Assembly (NCBI GenBank): GCA_964530695.1
Contig: CAZGYQ010000004.1
Span: forward strand, 4,725 to 68,724
Source of the DNA: an uncultured Caulobacteraceae bacterium
GTDB taxonomy: Bacteria; Pseudomonadota; Alphaproteobacteria; Caulobacterales; Aquidulcibacteraceae
Direction: 5' to 3'
DNA length: 64,000 nucleotides
Under the pieces are notes generated by a model. It saw only the letters and a program-made list of their open reading frames with translations. It was not told where the DNA came from and did no database searches. The position numbers and the translations under genes were made by a program. Positions within the stretch are counted from its first letter, which is position 1. Each line of letters starts with the position of its first letter. This document shows, piece by piece, positions 19,886 through 29,823 of this stretch.

Positions 19886-22111
19886 ATGGGGAAAGTCATG
19901 CGGATGATCCGATCGATGAAGGCCATGGCCGCCAATGGTATCTGCTTTGCGGCGCTGGTCGGCGCGCTCGCCCCGGCGGTGGTGGCGACCACGGCGGTCG
20001 CGCAGGAAGCGAGCGACGAGATCATCGTCACCGCGACCCGCCGGGCGGAAAACCTCCAGGAAGTTCCGCTGTCGGTCGCGGCGGTTTCCGCCGAGCGCCT
20101 TGAGACAATCCTCGCCGGCGGCGGCGATGCGCTGGCGCTCGCGGGTCGCGTGCCGGGCCTGAACGTGGAATCCTCGAACGGCCGCGTGGCCCCGCGCTTC
20201 TACATCCGCGGCCTCGGCAACACCGACTTCGACCTCGCGGCTTCGCAGCCGGTTTCCGTCATCATGGACGACGTGGTGATGGAGAACGTGGCGCTGAAGA
20301 GCTTCCCGCTGTTTGACATAGAGCAGGTGGAAGTGCTGCGCGGTCCGCAGGGCACGCTGTTCGGCCGCAACACGCCGGCGGGCATCGTCTCGATTCGCTC
20401 GGCGCGCCCGACGCAGGAATTCACCGCGCGCGGTTCGGCGAGCTACGGCACCTACGGCACGGCGAGCCTCGACGGCGCTGTCGGCGGCAGCCTCGGCCAG
20501 GGCGTCTCGGCCCGCGCAGCCGTGATCTACGCGCGCCGCGACGACTGGGTGGACAACGCCTTCACCAACACGAAGGACGCGCTCGGCGGCTATGAGGAAC
20601 TCGCGGGCCGCCTGCAGTTCCTGTTCGAACCCACCGAAAACTTCGACGCGCTGCTCAACCTCCACGCGCGCTCGCTGGAAGGCACCTCGACGCTCTTCCG
20701 CGCCAACATCTTCACCACCGGCAGCAACAGCCTCAACGCCAACTTCGACCGCAACCGCGTGTCCTACAACGGCGGCGGCGACAACCTGCAGGCCTACGAC
20801 AGCCAGGGCGCGGCGCTGACGCTGAACTACGATCTCGGCGGCGCCACGATCACCTCGATCACCGGCTACGACACGGCCGACGGCTCCAGCCGCGGCGACA
20901 TCGACGGCGGCGTTGCCGGCACGGGCCCGGGCTTCATCCCGTTCGATTCCGACACGACGGACTCCCTGAACGACCTCAGGCAGCTCACGCAGGAAATCCG
21001 CATCGCCAGCCCCGACGAAGGCCGCCTCACCTGGCAGGCCGGCGCCTATTACTTCGACTCCGAATTCGAGGTGACCACCGTCGGCGTGGGCTTCCCGCCG
21101 CCGGCCACCGTGCGCCACGAGAACACCTCGTGGGCGGTGTTCGCACAGGCCGCCTACGACCTCACCGAGGCGCTCAACGTCACGGCGGGCCTGCGCTACA
21201 CGGAAGACGAGAAGGACTTCACCGCGATCGCGGCGCCGCTCTATGGCACGCCCCCGGGGCCGGTCTCTGTGTCCGACGAGCAGGTGAGCTGGGATCTCAG
21301 CGCACGTTACACCCTCAATGACGACGTGAACCTCTACGCCCGCGTGGCGAGCGGCTTCCGCGCACCGTCCATCCAGGGCCGCGACGTGGCGTTCGGCAGC
21401 CCGGCGGCGCCGTCCGTCGCCGACAGCGAAACGATCCTCTCATGGGAAGCCGGCGTGAAGGCCGACGTCCTCGACGGCGCGGGCCGCGTCAACGCCTCGG
21501 TGTTCCGCTACACGATCCAGGACCAGCAGTTCTCCGCCATCGGCGGCGCGGGCAACTTCACGCAGCTCGTCAACGCCGATGAGGGTGAAGCCTACGGCCT
21601 CGAGATCGATTCCTCCTTCGACCTGACCGAACGGCTCACCGTCGGCGCCGGGTTCGCCTACACGCACACCGAGATCAAGGACGCCCTGCTCACGGTCGCG
21701 CCCTGCGGCTCGGGGCAATGCACCCTGACCGACCCGGTGAACGGCCTCGGCAACGCGTTCGTGAACGGCAACCCCTTCCCGAACTCGCCGGAATTCATGC
21801 TCGACCTCAACGCCCGCTACGAGCGCCCGATCGGCAACGGCGGCGCGGTGTTCGCGGAAACCGACTGGACGGTGCGCGGCGAGACCAACCTCTTCCTCTA
21901 CGAGTCGATCGAATATCAAATCGACTCGCAGTTCGAGGGCGGCCTGAAGCTCGGCTACTCCGGCAACGACGGCGCCTACGAACTGGCGGTGTTCGCACGC
22001 AACATCACCGACGAAGAGAACGTGATCGGCGGCATCGACTTCAACAACAACACCGGCTTCGTCAACGAGCCGCGCATCATCGGCGTCTCGCTCAGCGCGA
22101 AGATGAACTGA
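19886..22111 (+). CDS. TonB-dependent outer-membrane receptor
   Basis: 741 aa. Signal peptide, plug motifs IIVTATRR, VEVLRGPQGTLFGRNTPAG and a beta-barrel repeat pattern. The exact start among several in-frame ATGs (19886, 19898, 19916) is uncertain. Confidence 0.9.
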   Translation: MGKVMRMIRSMKAMAANGICFAALVGALAPAVVATTAVAQEASDEIIVTATRRAENLQEVPLSVAAVSAERLETILAGGGDALALAGRVPGLNVESSNGRVAPRFYIRGLGNTDFDLAASQPVSVIMDDVVMENVALKSFPLFDIEQVEVLRGPQGTLFGRNTPAGIVSIRSARPTQEFTARGSASYGTYGTASLDGAVGGSLGQGVSARAAVIYARRDDWVDNAFTNTKDALGGYEELAGRLQFLFEPTENFDALLNLHARSLEGTSTLFRANIFTTGSNSLNANFDRNRVSYNGGGDNLQAYDSQGAALTLNYDLGGATITSITGYDTADGSSRGDIDGGVAGTGPGFIPFDSDTTDSLNDLRQLTQEIRIASPDEGRLTWQAGAYYFDSEFEVTTVGVGFPPPATVRHENTSWAVFAQAAYDLTEALNVTAGLRYTEDEKDFTAIAAPLYGTPPGPVSVSDEQVSWDLSARYTLNDDVNLYARVASGFRAPSIQGRDVAFGSPAAPSVADSETILSWEAGVKADVLDGAGRVNASVFRYTIQDQQFSAIGGAGNFTQLVNADEGEAYGLEIDSSFDLTERLTVGAGFAYTHTEIKDALLTVAPCGSGQCTLTDPVNGLGNAFVNGNPFPNSPEFMLDLNARYERPIGNGGAVFAETDWTVRGETNLFLYESIEYQIDSQFEGGLKLGYSGNDGAYELAVFARNITDEENVIGGIDFNNNTGFVNEPRIIGVSLSAKMN

Positions 22112-22133
22112 CGACTGCGGAGACAAGAACAAG

Positions 22134-22168
22134 GGGCGGCGCGGCTTCACGGCTGCGCCGCCCTTTTT
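22134..22168 (+). terminator. Rho-independent terminator after the TonB-dependent receptor gene
   Basis: Stem gggcggcgc / gcgccgccc (with further inner pairs) followed by TTTTT at 22164..22168. Confidence 0.7.
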
Positions 22169-22260
22169 CTATCTGCCGGAGGGATCGATTCGGAGGCGGC
22201 CCGTTAAAGCAGACATCTCCGAATCACGGCATGAGCCTCCTGATAGTCAGGGGCTGATCC

Positions 22261-23802
22261 ATGCTGTTGTTCGACGTCGTCTACGCCCACCGCGCCAGCG
22301 GCAGCCACCACAAGATCGCGCTGGACTCCCTGCGCCGCATCGCCTCCCCCGACGCAGAGGAATGGCGCAAGGCGTTCTGCGCGCATTCCGACGTCTACAT
22401 GAAGGGCGCCAAGGCGCCGGACGACGTGTTCCGCGATTCCCAGAACCACGTGCTGCACGTACGCGACAACTACTGGGGTGGCGCGCTGGAGACGGCCGAG
22501 GCCTGGTACGAAAAACTGCTGATGATGATGCGCGCGCAGAGCTGGCCTGAGGCCGTCTACGCGGCGGGCGTGCTGAGCCATTACGTCTGCGATCCGATGC
22601 AGCCCCTGCACACCGCGCAGAGCGAATCGGAAGGCTCCATCCACCGCGCCTTCGAGCAGAGCGTCTCGAAGTCCTACGGCAAGCTGATGGCCCGCATCGA
22701 AGAGACCGGCTGGCCGACCGTGACCGCGCCGCGCGAGACCGGCTGGCTGTCGAAACTCATTCGCTCCGGCGCCGAAGCGAGCGTCGTCCACTACGACGCG
22801 TGCATCGACCACTACAATCTCGACGCCGGCGTGAAAGACCCGCCGGCCGGCCTCGACCCGCACCTGATCGACGTCATGGCCGATGCGCTGGCGCGCGCCA
22901 TCACCAGCTTCGCCTGCGTGATCGACAACGCCATCGCCGAAGCCGCAGTCGCGCCGCCGAGGACGAACGTCACGCTGCAGGGCTATCTCGCCACGCTCGA
23001 CATCCCTATCCAGTGGGTGCTGCGCAAGATGGAGGACGCGAACGAACGCGCCACCGTCGAGGCGATGTACGCGGAGTACCAGGCGAGCGGGAAAGTCATC
23101 TCCACGCTGTCGCACGACGACCGCATCGTCCGCGCCGCGCACGCCCGCGACGTGCTGAAAACGCCGCTGGTCACGCTCGACGCCCAACCCGCGCGCAAGC
23201 CGGGAACGAAACACGGCGCGGGGCTGATCGACGTAGCGCCGTCCATGATGGCGCCGCCGGTCGCGCGCCGCATCGTCGAACGGGCGGCGGAAAAGCCCGC
23301 GCCCGCCGCGGCGCCCGTGGTCGAAACGCCTGTGGTTGAGGCCGTCGTCGAAGCGGCGCCCGCGACAGCCGCGCCGGGCACGAAGAAGCGTCGCACGCGC
23401 GAAAGCCCGGTGGTCGATGCGCCAGCCATCGGCGCCAAGATCGCCGCGCGGCTCGAGGCGATTGGCGTGAAGACCATCGGCGACCTGCTCGACGCCGATC
23501 CCGCAGCCCTCACCGCCATGATGGCGCTGAAATGGGTGACGCAGGAGACCATCGCCGACTGGAAGGCCATGGCGCAGCTCGCCATCGATGTCGGGGCGGT
23601 CGGCGAACAGGACGCGCAGATCCTCATCGGCGCAGGCATCCGCGACAAGGAAGCGCTTGCCGGCAAGGACGCGCGCGCGTTGCAGGATCAGGTCGCGGCC
23701 TTCATCGCCAGCGACGAAGGCAAGCGCCTGATGCGCGGCAATGGCGGCCCGAAGCCGGAGAAGGTCGAAGGCTGGATCGAAGCGGCGAAGAAGACGGCCT
23801 AA
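22261..23802 (+). CDS. zinc hydrolase of the phospholipase C / P1-nuclease superfamily fused to a DUF4332-like helix-hairpin-helix domain
   Basis: 513 aa. N-terminal HHKIA, PDDVFRDSQNH and LSHYVCDPMQPLH (compare H-x-x-G-D-x-x-Q-P-x-H of S1/P1 nucleases and PLC). Central Ala/Pro linker. C-terminal AIGAKIAARLEAIGVKTIGDLL ... ILIGAGIRDKEALAG is DUF4332-like. Confidence 0.6.
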   Translation: MLLFDVVYAHRASGSHHKIALDSLRRIASPDAEEWRKAFCAHSDVYMKGAKAPDDVFRDSQNHVLHVRDNYWGGALETAEAWYEKLLMMMRAQSWPEAVYAAGVLSHYVCDPMQPLHTAQSESEGSIHRAFEQSVSKSYGKLMARIEETGWPTVTAPRETGWLSKLIRSGAEASVVHYDACIDHYNLDAGVKDPPAGLDPHLIDVMADALARAITSFACVIDNAIAEAAVAPPRTNVTLQGYLATLDIPIQWVLRKMEDANERATVEAMYAEYQASGKVISTLSHDDRIVRAAHARDVLKTPLVTLDAQPARKPGTKHGAGLIDVAPSMMAPPVARRIVERAAEKPAPAAAPVVETPVVEAVVEAAPATAAPGTKKRRTRESPVVDAPAIGAKIAARLEAIGVKTIGDLLDADPAALTAMMALKWVTQETIADWKAMAQLAIDVGAVGEQDAQILIGAGIRDKEALAGKDARALQDQVAAFIASDEGKRLMRGNGGPKPEKVEGWIEAAKKTA

Positions 23803-23803
23803 T

Positions 23804-23874
23804 GCAGGGAGCGCGGGCCTTCAGGCCCGCAAACCGTCGAAAGTGATGCGGGCCTGAAGGCCCGCGCTCCCTGC
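23804..23874. terminator. family D palindromic element (copy D2), likely bidirectional terminator
   Basis: Perfect 28-nt inverted repeat gcagggagcgcgggccttcaggcccgca / tgcgggcctgaaggcccgcgctccctgc with a 15-nt spacer, lying exactly between the stops of two convergent genes. Confidence 0.8.
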
Positions 23875-23881
23875 TATCTTG

Positions 23882-25069
23882 CTACTGATAGACTTCAAAC
23901 AACCCCGCAGCGCCCATGCCGCCGCCGATGCACATGGTCACCACGGCGTACTTCGCCTTGCGACGACGGCCTTCCATCAGCGCGTGGCCGGTGCAGCGCG
24001 CGCCGGTCATGCCGAAGGGGTGGCCGATGGCGATGGAGCCGCCGTTGACGTTGTACTTCTCGGGATCGATGCCGAGCTTGTCGCGCGAGTAGAGGCACTG
24101 CGAGGCGAAAGCCTCGTTGAGCTCCCAGAGATCGATGTCGTCGACCTTGAGGCCGTGACGCGCGAGCAGACGCGGCACCGCGAACACCGGGCCGATGCCC
24201 ATTTCATCCGGCTGGCAGCCGGCGACGGCGAAACCGCGGAACGCGCCGAGCGGCTTCAGGCCGCGCTTTTCGGCTTCCTTGGCTTCCATGACGACGACGG
24301 CCGCCGCGCCATCGGAAAGCTGCGAGGCGTTGCCGGCGGTGATGAACTTGCCCGGGCCCTTCACGGGTTGCAGCGAGGCGAGGCCTTCAAGCGTGGTGTC
24401 GGGACGGTTGCACTCGTCCTTGTCGACAACGTAGTCGACGACGCTCTCGGCCTTCGTCGCCTTGTCGACGACCTTCATCTTCGTCGCCATCGGCACGATC
24501 TCGTCCTTGAAGAGACCGGCGGCCTGCGCCGCCGCGATGCGTTGCTGCGAGCGCAGCGAATATTCGTCCTGGTATTCGCGGCTGATATTGTAGCGTTCGG
24601 CGACGATGTCGGCGGTGTCGATCATCGGCATCCAGAGCGCGGGGAACGTCCCCATCAGCTTCTCTTCGGTGAGCATGTGGGTGTTCATCTTGCCGCTCAT
24701 CTGTACGAGCGAGATGGATTCAACGCCCCCGCCAACAGCGGCGATCGCGCCTTCGCGGATATAGCCCGCCGCCATCGCGATGGCGTTGAGGCCCGAGGAG
24801 CAGAAGCGGTTGAGCGTGACGCCCGCGGTCGTGATCGGCAGGCCCGCCCACAGCGCCGCATTGCGCGCGACGTTGTGGCCCGTGGCGCCTTCGGGGCCGC
24901 CGCAGCCCATGAACACGTCCTCGATGATGTCCTTCTCCAGCCCCGAACGCTCGACGGCGTGCTGGATGGCGTGGCCGGCCATGGCCGCCCCGTGGGTGTT
25001 GTTGAAGCCGCCGCGCCCGGATTTGGCGAGCCCCGTGCGGGCATAAGATACGATAACCGCCTCGCGCAT
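23882..25069 (-). CDS. acetyl-CoA C-acyltransferase (thiolase, FadA-like)
   Basis: 395 aa. Active-site contexts NRFCSSGL and [13 protein letters not shown]-terminal [13 protein letters not shown]. Confidence 0.9.
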   Translation of the reverse strand: MREAVIVSYARTGLAKSGRGGFNNTHGAAMAGHAIQHAVERSGLEKDIIEDVFMGCGGPEGATGHNVARNAALWAGLPITTAGVTLNRFCSSGLNAIAMAAGYIREGAIAAVGGGVESISLVQMSGKMNTHMLTEEKLMGTFPALWMPMIDTADIVAERYNISREYQDEYSLRSQQRIAAAQAAGLFKDEIVPMATKMKVVDKATKAESVVDYVVDKDECNRPDTTLEGLASLQPVKGPGKFITAGNASQLSDGAAAVVVMEAKEAEKRGLKPLGAFRGFAVAGCQPDEMGIGPVFAVPRLLARHGLKVDDIDLWELNEAFASQCLYSRDKLGIDPEKYNVNGGSIAIGHPFGMTGARCTGHALMEGRRRKAKYAVVTMCIGGGMGAAGLFEVYQ

Positions 25070-25219
25070 GGCGCTGCCTCCTCAGGGTATGGCGTTCTTG
25101 GATCGGCGCACCCTAGGCGAGCCCCCGTGCTCACGGAAGCCCTGCCGTTCGCGTCAACGTAGCCTCTTGCGATGACGCGCGCGGACCGACACTTTGCGCC
25201 GGCTCCAGCGGGGATTCAT

Positions 25220-26884
25220 ATGCCGAGCGACATCGAGATTGCGCGCGCCGCGCGCAAGCGGCCGATTGCGGACGTGGCCGCCAGGCTCGACATCCCCGCC
25301 GACGCGCTCATCCCCTACGGCGCGGACAAGGCCAAGATCGCCGCGCCGTTCCTGAAATCCCTCGGCGACCGCCCCGACGGCGCGCTGGTGCTCGTCACCG
25401 CCGTCAATCCGACGCCCGCCGGCGAAGGCAAGACCACCACCACCATCGGCCTCGGCGACGCGCTCAACCGCATCGGCAAGCGCGCGGCGATCTGCATCCG
25501 CGAACCCTCCCTCGGCCCCTGCTTCGGCCAGAAGGGCGGCGCCACAGGCGGCGGCCACGCGCAGGTCATCCCGATGGAGGACATCAACCTCCACTTCACC
25601 GGCGACTTCCACGCCATCACCACCGCACACAACCTGCTCGCGGCGATGGTCGACAACCACCTCTACTGGGGCAACGCCCTCGACATCGATTCGCGCCGCG
25701 TCGTGTGGCGGCGCGTCATGGACATGAACGACCGCAGCCTGCGCGAGATCGTCACCTCGCTCGGCGGCAACGGCGCGCCAGCGGAAAGCGGCTTCGACAT
25801 CACGGTGGCGTCCGAGGTGATGGCGATCCTGTGCCTGGCGAGCGATCTCGAGGACCTGCAGGCGCGGCTCGGGCGCATCATCGTCGCCTACCGGAAGGAT
25901 CGCACGGCGGTGACCTGCGCGGACCTGAAGGCCGACGGCGCGATGACGGCGCTGCTCAAGGACGCGATGCAGCCGAACATCGTGCAGACGCTGGAAGGCA
26001 ACCCAGCGCTGATCCACGGCGGCCCGTTCGCGAACATCGCGCATGGCTGCAATTCCGTGCTCGCCACGAAGAGCGCGCTGAAACTCGCTGACTATGTCGT
26101 GACGGAAGCGGGCTTCGGCGCCGATCTCGGCGCGGAGAAATTCTTCGACATCAAATGCCGCAAGGCAGGCCTTGCGCCGAACGCCGTGGTGATCGTGGCG
26201 ACGATCCGCTCATTGAAGATGAACGGCGGCATGGCGAAGAACGCGCTCGGCGGCGAAGACCTCGAAGCGCTGAAGCGCGGGTGCGAAAATCTTGGCCGGC
26301 ATCTGGAAAACATCGCGCTCTTTGGCGTGCCTGCGGTCGTGGCGATCAACCATTTCGTGCAGGACACGGCCGCGGAAGTCGCGCTGGTGCAGGACTATGC
26401 GCGCGCGCACGGCGCGGAGGCGATCCTGTGCCGCCACTGGGCGGACGGGTCGGCGGGGACGGAAGATCTCGCGCGCCGCGTGGTCGAGATCGTCGAGCGT
26501 GCCGAAGCGCGCTTCGCGTCGCTCTACGGCGACGGGCTTTCGCTGATGGAAAAGATCGAGGCGGTGGCGCGACGCATCTATCGCGCCGACGGCGTCGTGG
26601 CGGACAAGGCGATCACCGACCGGCTCGCGCGCTGGGAGAAAGAAGGATTCCGGCGCCTGCCTGTCTGCATGGCGAAGACGCAGTACAGCTTCACCACCGA
26701 CCCCACCCGCCTCGGCGCACCGACCGGCCACGAGGTGCGCGTCCGCGAGGTGCGCCTTTCCGCCGGCGCCGGATTCGTCGTGGCGATCTGCGGGGACATC
26801 ATGACGATGCCAGGGCTGCCGAGGGCGCCTGCCGCGGAACGCATCGGCGTGGACGATGAGGGGTACATCGAGGGATTGTTCTAG
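25220..26884 (+). CDS. fhs: formate--tetrahydrofolate ligase
   Basis: 554 aa from [27 protein letters not shown]-loop. Family-typical C-terminus MPGLP...GL. Confidence 0.95.
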   Translation: MPSDIEIARAARKRPIADVAARLDIPADALIPYGADKAKIAAPFLKSLGDRPDGALVLVTAVNPTPAGEGKTTTTIGLGDALNRIGKRAAICIREPSLGPCFGQKGGATGGGHAQVIPMEDINLHFTGDFHAITTAHNLLAAMVDNHLYWGNALDIDSRRVVWRRVMDMNDRSLREIVTSLGGNGAPAESGFDITVASEVMAILCLASDLEDLQARLGRIIVAYRKDRTAVTCADLKADGAMTALLKDAMQPNIVQTLEGNPALIHGGPFANIAHGCNSVLATKSALKLADYVVTEAGFGADLGAEKFFDIKCRKAGLAPNAVVIVATIRSLKMNGGMAKNALGGEDLEALKRGCENLGRHLENIALFGVPAVVAINHFVQDTAAEVALVQDYARAHGAEAILCRHWADGSAGTEDLARRVVEIVERAEARFASLYGDGLSLMEKIEAVARRIYRADGVVADKAITDRLARWEKEGFRRLPVCMAKTQYSFTTDPTRLGAPTGHEVRVREVRLSAGAGFVVAICGDIMTMPGLPRAPAAERIGVDDEGYIEGLF

Positions 26885-26997
26885 CGCCACCGGCCGGGAG
26901 CGCCGGCTTCCAGCCGGCATGCGATGGCGAACACGCGCAACAGCCTCCCAAGACGATACACTGTGCCGGCTGGAAGCCGGCGGTCCCGGTTGGCGCT
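26883..26997. repeat. family D-like palindromic element (copy D3) at a convergent junction
   Basis: Arms agcgccaccggccgggagcgccggcttccagccggca (26883..26919) and tgccggctggaagccggcggtcccggttggcgct (26964..26997). Inner hairpin gccggc-ttcca-gccggc. The stop codons of both flanking genes lie in the outer arm ends. Confidence 0.8.
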
Positions 26998-27655
26998 AAT
27001 TGTTCACCCGCGCCACCAGCATCCCGTCGTACTTCTTCACGCCGACGGTCTGAACCACCGTCGCGCTGACGCGCGGCTCGTTCGCGATCAGGTCGATCAT
27101 CCGGCGCACGCCGTCCACCTGAGAACTGTAGCCCGGCTCGACGACTTTCCCTTCGCGCACCACGTTGTCGACGATGATCAGCGCGCCCGGCCGCGAGAGC
27201 TTGAGCGCCCAGGCGAAATAGTCGGCGTTGGATTCCTTGTCGGCGTCGATGAAGGAAAAATCGAACGCAGGTTCACCCGCAAGCAGGGGCAGCGTGTCGA
27301 TGGCCGGTCCGACACGGATGTCCACGCGGTCCGCGAGCCCCGCCGTCGCGATGCTCCCGCGCGCGACATCGGCGTGCTTCGGATCGATCTCCAGCGTCAC
27401 GACCTTGCCGCCTTCGCCGACCGCGCGCGCGAGCCAGATCGCCGAATACCCGCCGAGCGTTCCCACCTCGAGTATGCGTTTCGCGCCAATGGCTTGCGCC
27501 ATGAGGTTGAGCCACTTGCCGTGCGCCGGGGAGACGGCGATCTTCGGCAGCCCCGCCGCATCGCTCGCGGCAAGCGCCGCCTCCAGCGCCGCGTCGTCAG
27601 CGCCGAGGCGGTCCATGAAATAGGCGTCGACCTCAGACCAGCGATCCTGCGCCAT
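26996..27655 (-). CDS. class I SAM-dependent O-methyltransferase (caffeoyl-CoA OMT family)
   Basis: 219 aa from MAQDRWSEVDAYF. SAM motif ILEVGTLGGYSAIWLA and FDFSFIDADKESN. Confidence 0.8.
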   Translation of the reverse strand: MAQDRWSEVDAYFMDRLGADDAALEAALAASDAAGLPKIAVSPAHGKWLNLMAQAIGAKRILEVGTLGGYSAIWLARAVGEGGKVVTLEIDPKHADVARGSIATAGLADRVDIRVGPAIDTLPLLAGEPAFDFSFIDADKESNADYFAWALKLSRPGALIIVDNVVREGKVVEPGYSSQVDGVRRMIDLIANEPRVSATVVQTVGVKKYDGMLVARVNN

Positions 27656-27666
27656 GAAACTCTCCC

Positions 27667-27753
27667 GTAGGGTGGATAGAGGCGAAGCCGAAATCCACCA
27701 TACACACGACAATCGCAAACACGGTGGATTTCGCTGCGCTCAATCCACCCTAC
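27667..27753. repeat. family C hairpin repeats (C1 and inverted C2)
   Basis: gtagggtggatagaggcgaagccgaaatccaccatac (27667..27703) and the inverted ggtggatttcgctgcgctcaatccaccctac (27723..27753). Each folds as ggtggat...atccacc. The thiolase stop codon (27750..27752) lies inside C2. Confidence 0.85.
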
Positions 27754-28931
27754 ACCAGCTCCAGCGCCACCGCCGTCGCTTCGCCGCCGCCGATGCAGAG
27801 CGAGGCGATCCCGCGCTTGGCGCCGCGCGCTTCGAGTGCGGCGATCAGCGTCGCCATGATGCGCGCGCCGGAGGCGCCGATGGGATGCCCGAGCGCGCAG
27901 GCGCCGCCATTCACGTTGATGACGTCGTGCGTGATGCCGAGGTCCTTGATCGCGATCATCGGGACGACCGCGAAAGCCTCGTTGATCTCGAAGAGATCGA
28001 CGTCGCCCGTCTTCCAGCCCGCCTTGTCCAGCGCCTTCTTCATCGCGTGCACGGGCGCGGTGGTGAAGTAGGCCGGCGCGTGCGCGTGCGCGGCGGACGC
28101 CACGATGCGCGCGAGCGGCTTCAAGCCCCGGCGTTCCGCTTCCGACTGTTTCATCAGCACCAGGGCCGCCGCGCCGTCGGAGATCGCCGAGGCGTTCGCC
28201 GCCGTCACCGTGCCGTCCTTGTTGAAGGCGGGTTTCAGGGACGGGATCTTGTCGGGTCTGGCCTTGCGCGGCAGTTCATCGATGGCGACCTGCGTCTCGC
28301 CGTCGCGGCCCTTCACCGCCACCGCCGCGATCTCGCGCTTGAAGGCTCCGCTTTCGGTCGCCGCCTGCGCGCGGCGCAGCGTCTCGATGGCGTAGGCGTC
28401 CTGCGCCTCGCGGGTGAACTGGTATTCCTGCGCGATCATGTCGGCGTAGACGCCCATGGGTTTGCCGTCATAGGCGTCCTCGAGGCCATCGAGCGCCATG
28501 TGATCGAACAGCTTGTCGTGGCCGTACTTCTGGCCGGTGCGGTGCCTGGTCATCAGGAACGGCGCGTTCGACATGCTCTCCATGCCGCCGGCGATGACGA
28601 TCGACACTTCGCCCGCGAGGATGGCGTTGCGCCCCATGATCGCGGCCTGCATGCCCGAGCCGCACATCTTGTTGAGCGTGGTGGCTTCCACCGAATCCGG
28701 CAGGCCGGCCTTGCGCCCCGCCTGCCGCGCCGGCGCCTGGCCCTGGCCGGCGGGCAGCACGTTGCCCATCACGATCCAGTCGACGTCCTCGCCCTTCACT
28801 TTGGCCTCGGCAAGCGCGGCCTTCACCGCCACCGCGCCGAGTTCATTGGCGGAGAAACCGCCCAGATCCCCCATCAGCCCGCCCATCGGCGTGCGCGAGA
28901 GACCGACGATGACAACCGGATCTTTTTCCAT
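27750..28931 (-). CDS. acetyl-CoA acetyltransferase (thiolase II, PhaA/AtoB-like)
   Basis: 393 aa. NKMCGSGMQA, NASAISDGAAALV, GGACALGHPIGASG and CIGGGEATAVALE. Confidence 0.92.
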   Translation of the reverse strand: MEKDPVVIVGLSRTPMGGLMGDLGGFSANELGAVAVKAALAEAKVKGEDVDWIVMGNVLPAGQGQAPARQAGRKAGLPDSVEATTLNKMCGSGMQAAIMGRNAILAGEVSIVIAGGMESMSNAPFLMTRHRTGQKYGHDKLFDHMALDGLEDAYDGKPMGVYADMIAQEYQFTREAQDAYAIETLRRAQAATESGAFKREIAAVAVKGRDGETQVAIDELPRKARPDKIPSLKPAFNKDGTVTAANASAISDGAAALVLMKQSEAERRGLKPLARIVASAAHAHAPAYFTTAPVHAMKKALDKAGWKTGDVDLFEINEAFAVVPMIAIKDLGITHDVINVNGGACALGHPIGASGARIMATLIAALEARGAKRGIASLCIGGGEATAVALELV

Positions 28932-28954
28932 GGGGGGCTCCTTTTTCGACCTAT

Positions 28955-28991
28955 GTTAGGGTGGATGGAGCGCAAGCGAAATCCATCCTAC
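28955..28991. repeat. family C hairpin repeat (C3)
   Basis: gttagggtggatggagcgcaagcgaaatccatcctac, the same unit as C1/C2. The stop codon of the hydrolase gene (28988..28990) is inside it. Confidence 0.85.
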
Positions 28992-29752
28992 ATCACAAAA
29001 TCCACGATCCGCTCCACCACGCTCGGGTCCTGCGCGATCATGCGGTGACCGAGTCCGTCGGTCAGCGCGAGTTCCGCGCCGGGCCAGACGTCCGCGAGTT
29101 CCTGCGCGCCCTTGCAATCGCACGCATCGTCATCGAGCGAATGCAGGATGAGCGCCTTCGCCGTCATCGCCGGCGCGGCGCGGCGCAGGTCGAACCAGTC
29201 GACCGGCTTGCCGACTTCGGCCTCGTAGGTGGCGAAGATCTGTTCCACGACGTCCATGGAAATGTCGTTGCGCTCGGCGATGCGGATGATCTGCCCGCGC
29301 TGGTGCAGCGCCGAGGCGATAAGCACCACGCGCTCCGGCGCAAGGCCATGCTCCTCGATCGCCGTGACCGTCACCGGGGAGCCGAAGGAGTGCGCGACGA
29401 CCGCATCGATCGGCCCCATCGCGGCGGCCACGTCCGCCACGGCCTTCGCCGCCGCCAGCAGCGGCGCGCGCTCGCCTTCGGAATAGCCGTGTCCCGGCAG
29501 GTCGAGCGCCACGACCGCGCGGCCGATCATCGAGAGCTGGTCGATCAGCGGCGTCCAGAGGCTGTTGTCGTCCTCCCAGCCGTGCACCAGCAGGACAGCG
29601 GGCCCCTCGCCCAGGCGCCAGGCGGCGATGCCGCCGATCATCCGGTGGTCGGCGTCCACGAGCCCCGGCGCAATCCGCGGCCGCGCACGCCGGCGCGGAT
29701 AACCGAGGTTGCGGGTGAATTCGCGGGCGCGGGCGGCGACGTCTTCGGACAT
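28988..29752 (-). CDS. alpha/beta-fold hydrolase
   Basis: 254 aa. LLVHGWEDD and nucleophile elbow AHSFGSP. C-terminal HRMI. Confidence 0.75.
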   Translation of the reverse strand: MSEDVAARAREFTRNLGYPRRRARPRIAPGLVDADHRMIGGIAAWRLGEGPAVLLVHGWEDDNSLWTPLIDQLSMIGRAVVALDLPGHGYSEGERAPLLAAAKAVADVAAAMGPIDAVVAHSFGSPVTVTAIEEHGLAPERVVLIASALHQRGQIIRIAERNDISMDVVEQIFATYEAEVGKPVDWFDLRRAAPAMTAKALILHSLDDDACDCKGAQELADVWPGAELALTDGLGHRMIAQDPSVVERIVDFVM

Positions 29753-29823
29753 GGGCGTTTGATGGGGCCGCGCGGCGCCGGCGTCAACGAGACCGAAACC
29801 AAAGCCGCTGCTAAGAAGGGTTT

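Noticed and set aside
19835-22150. Minus-strand ORFs of 427 aa and 236 aa.
   Set aside because: They are antisense to the TonB-dependent receptor gene. The products are Arg/Ala/Val-rich.
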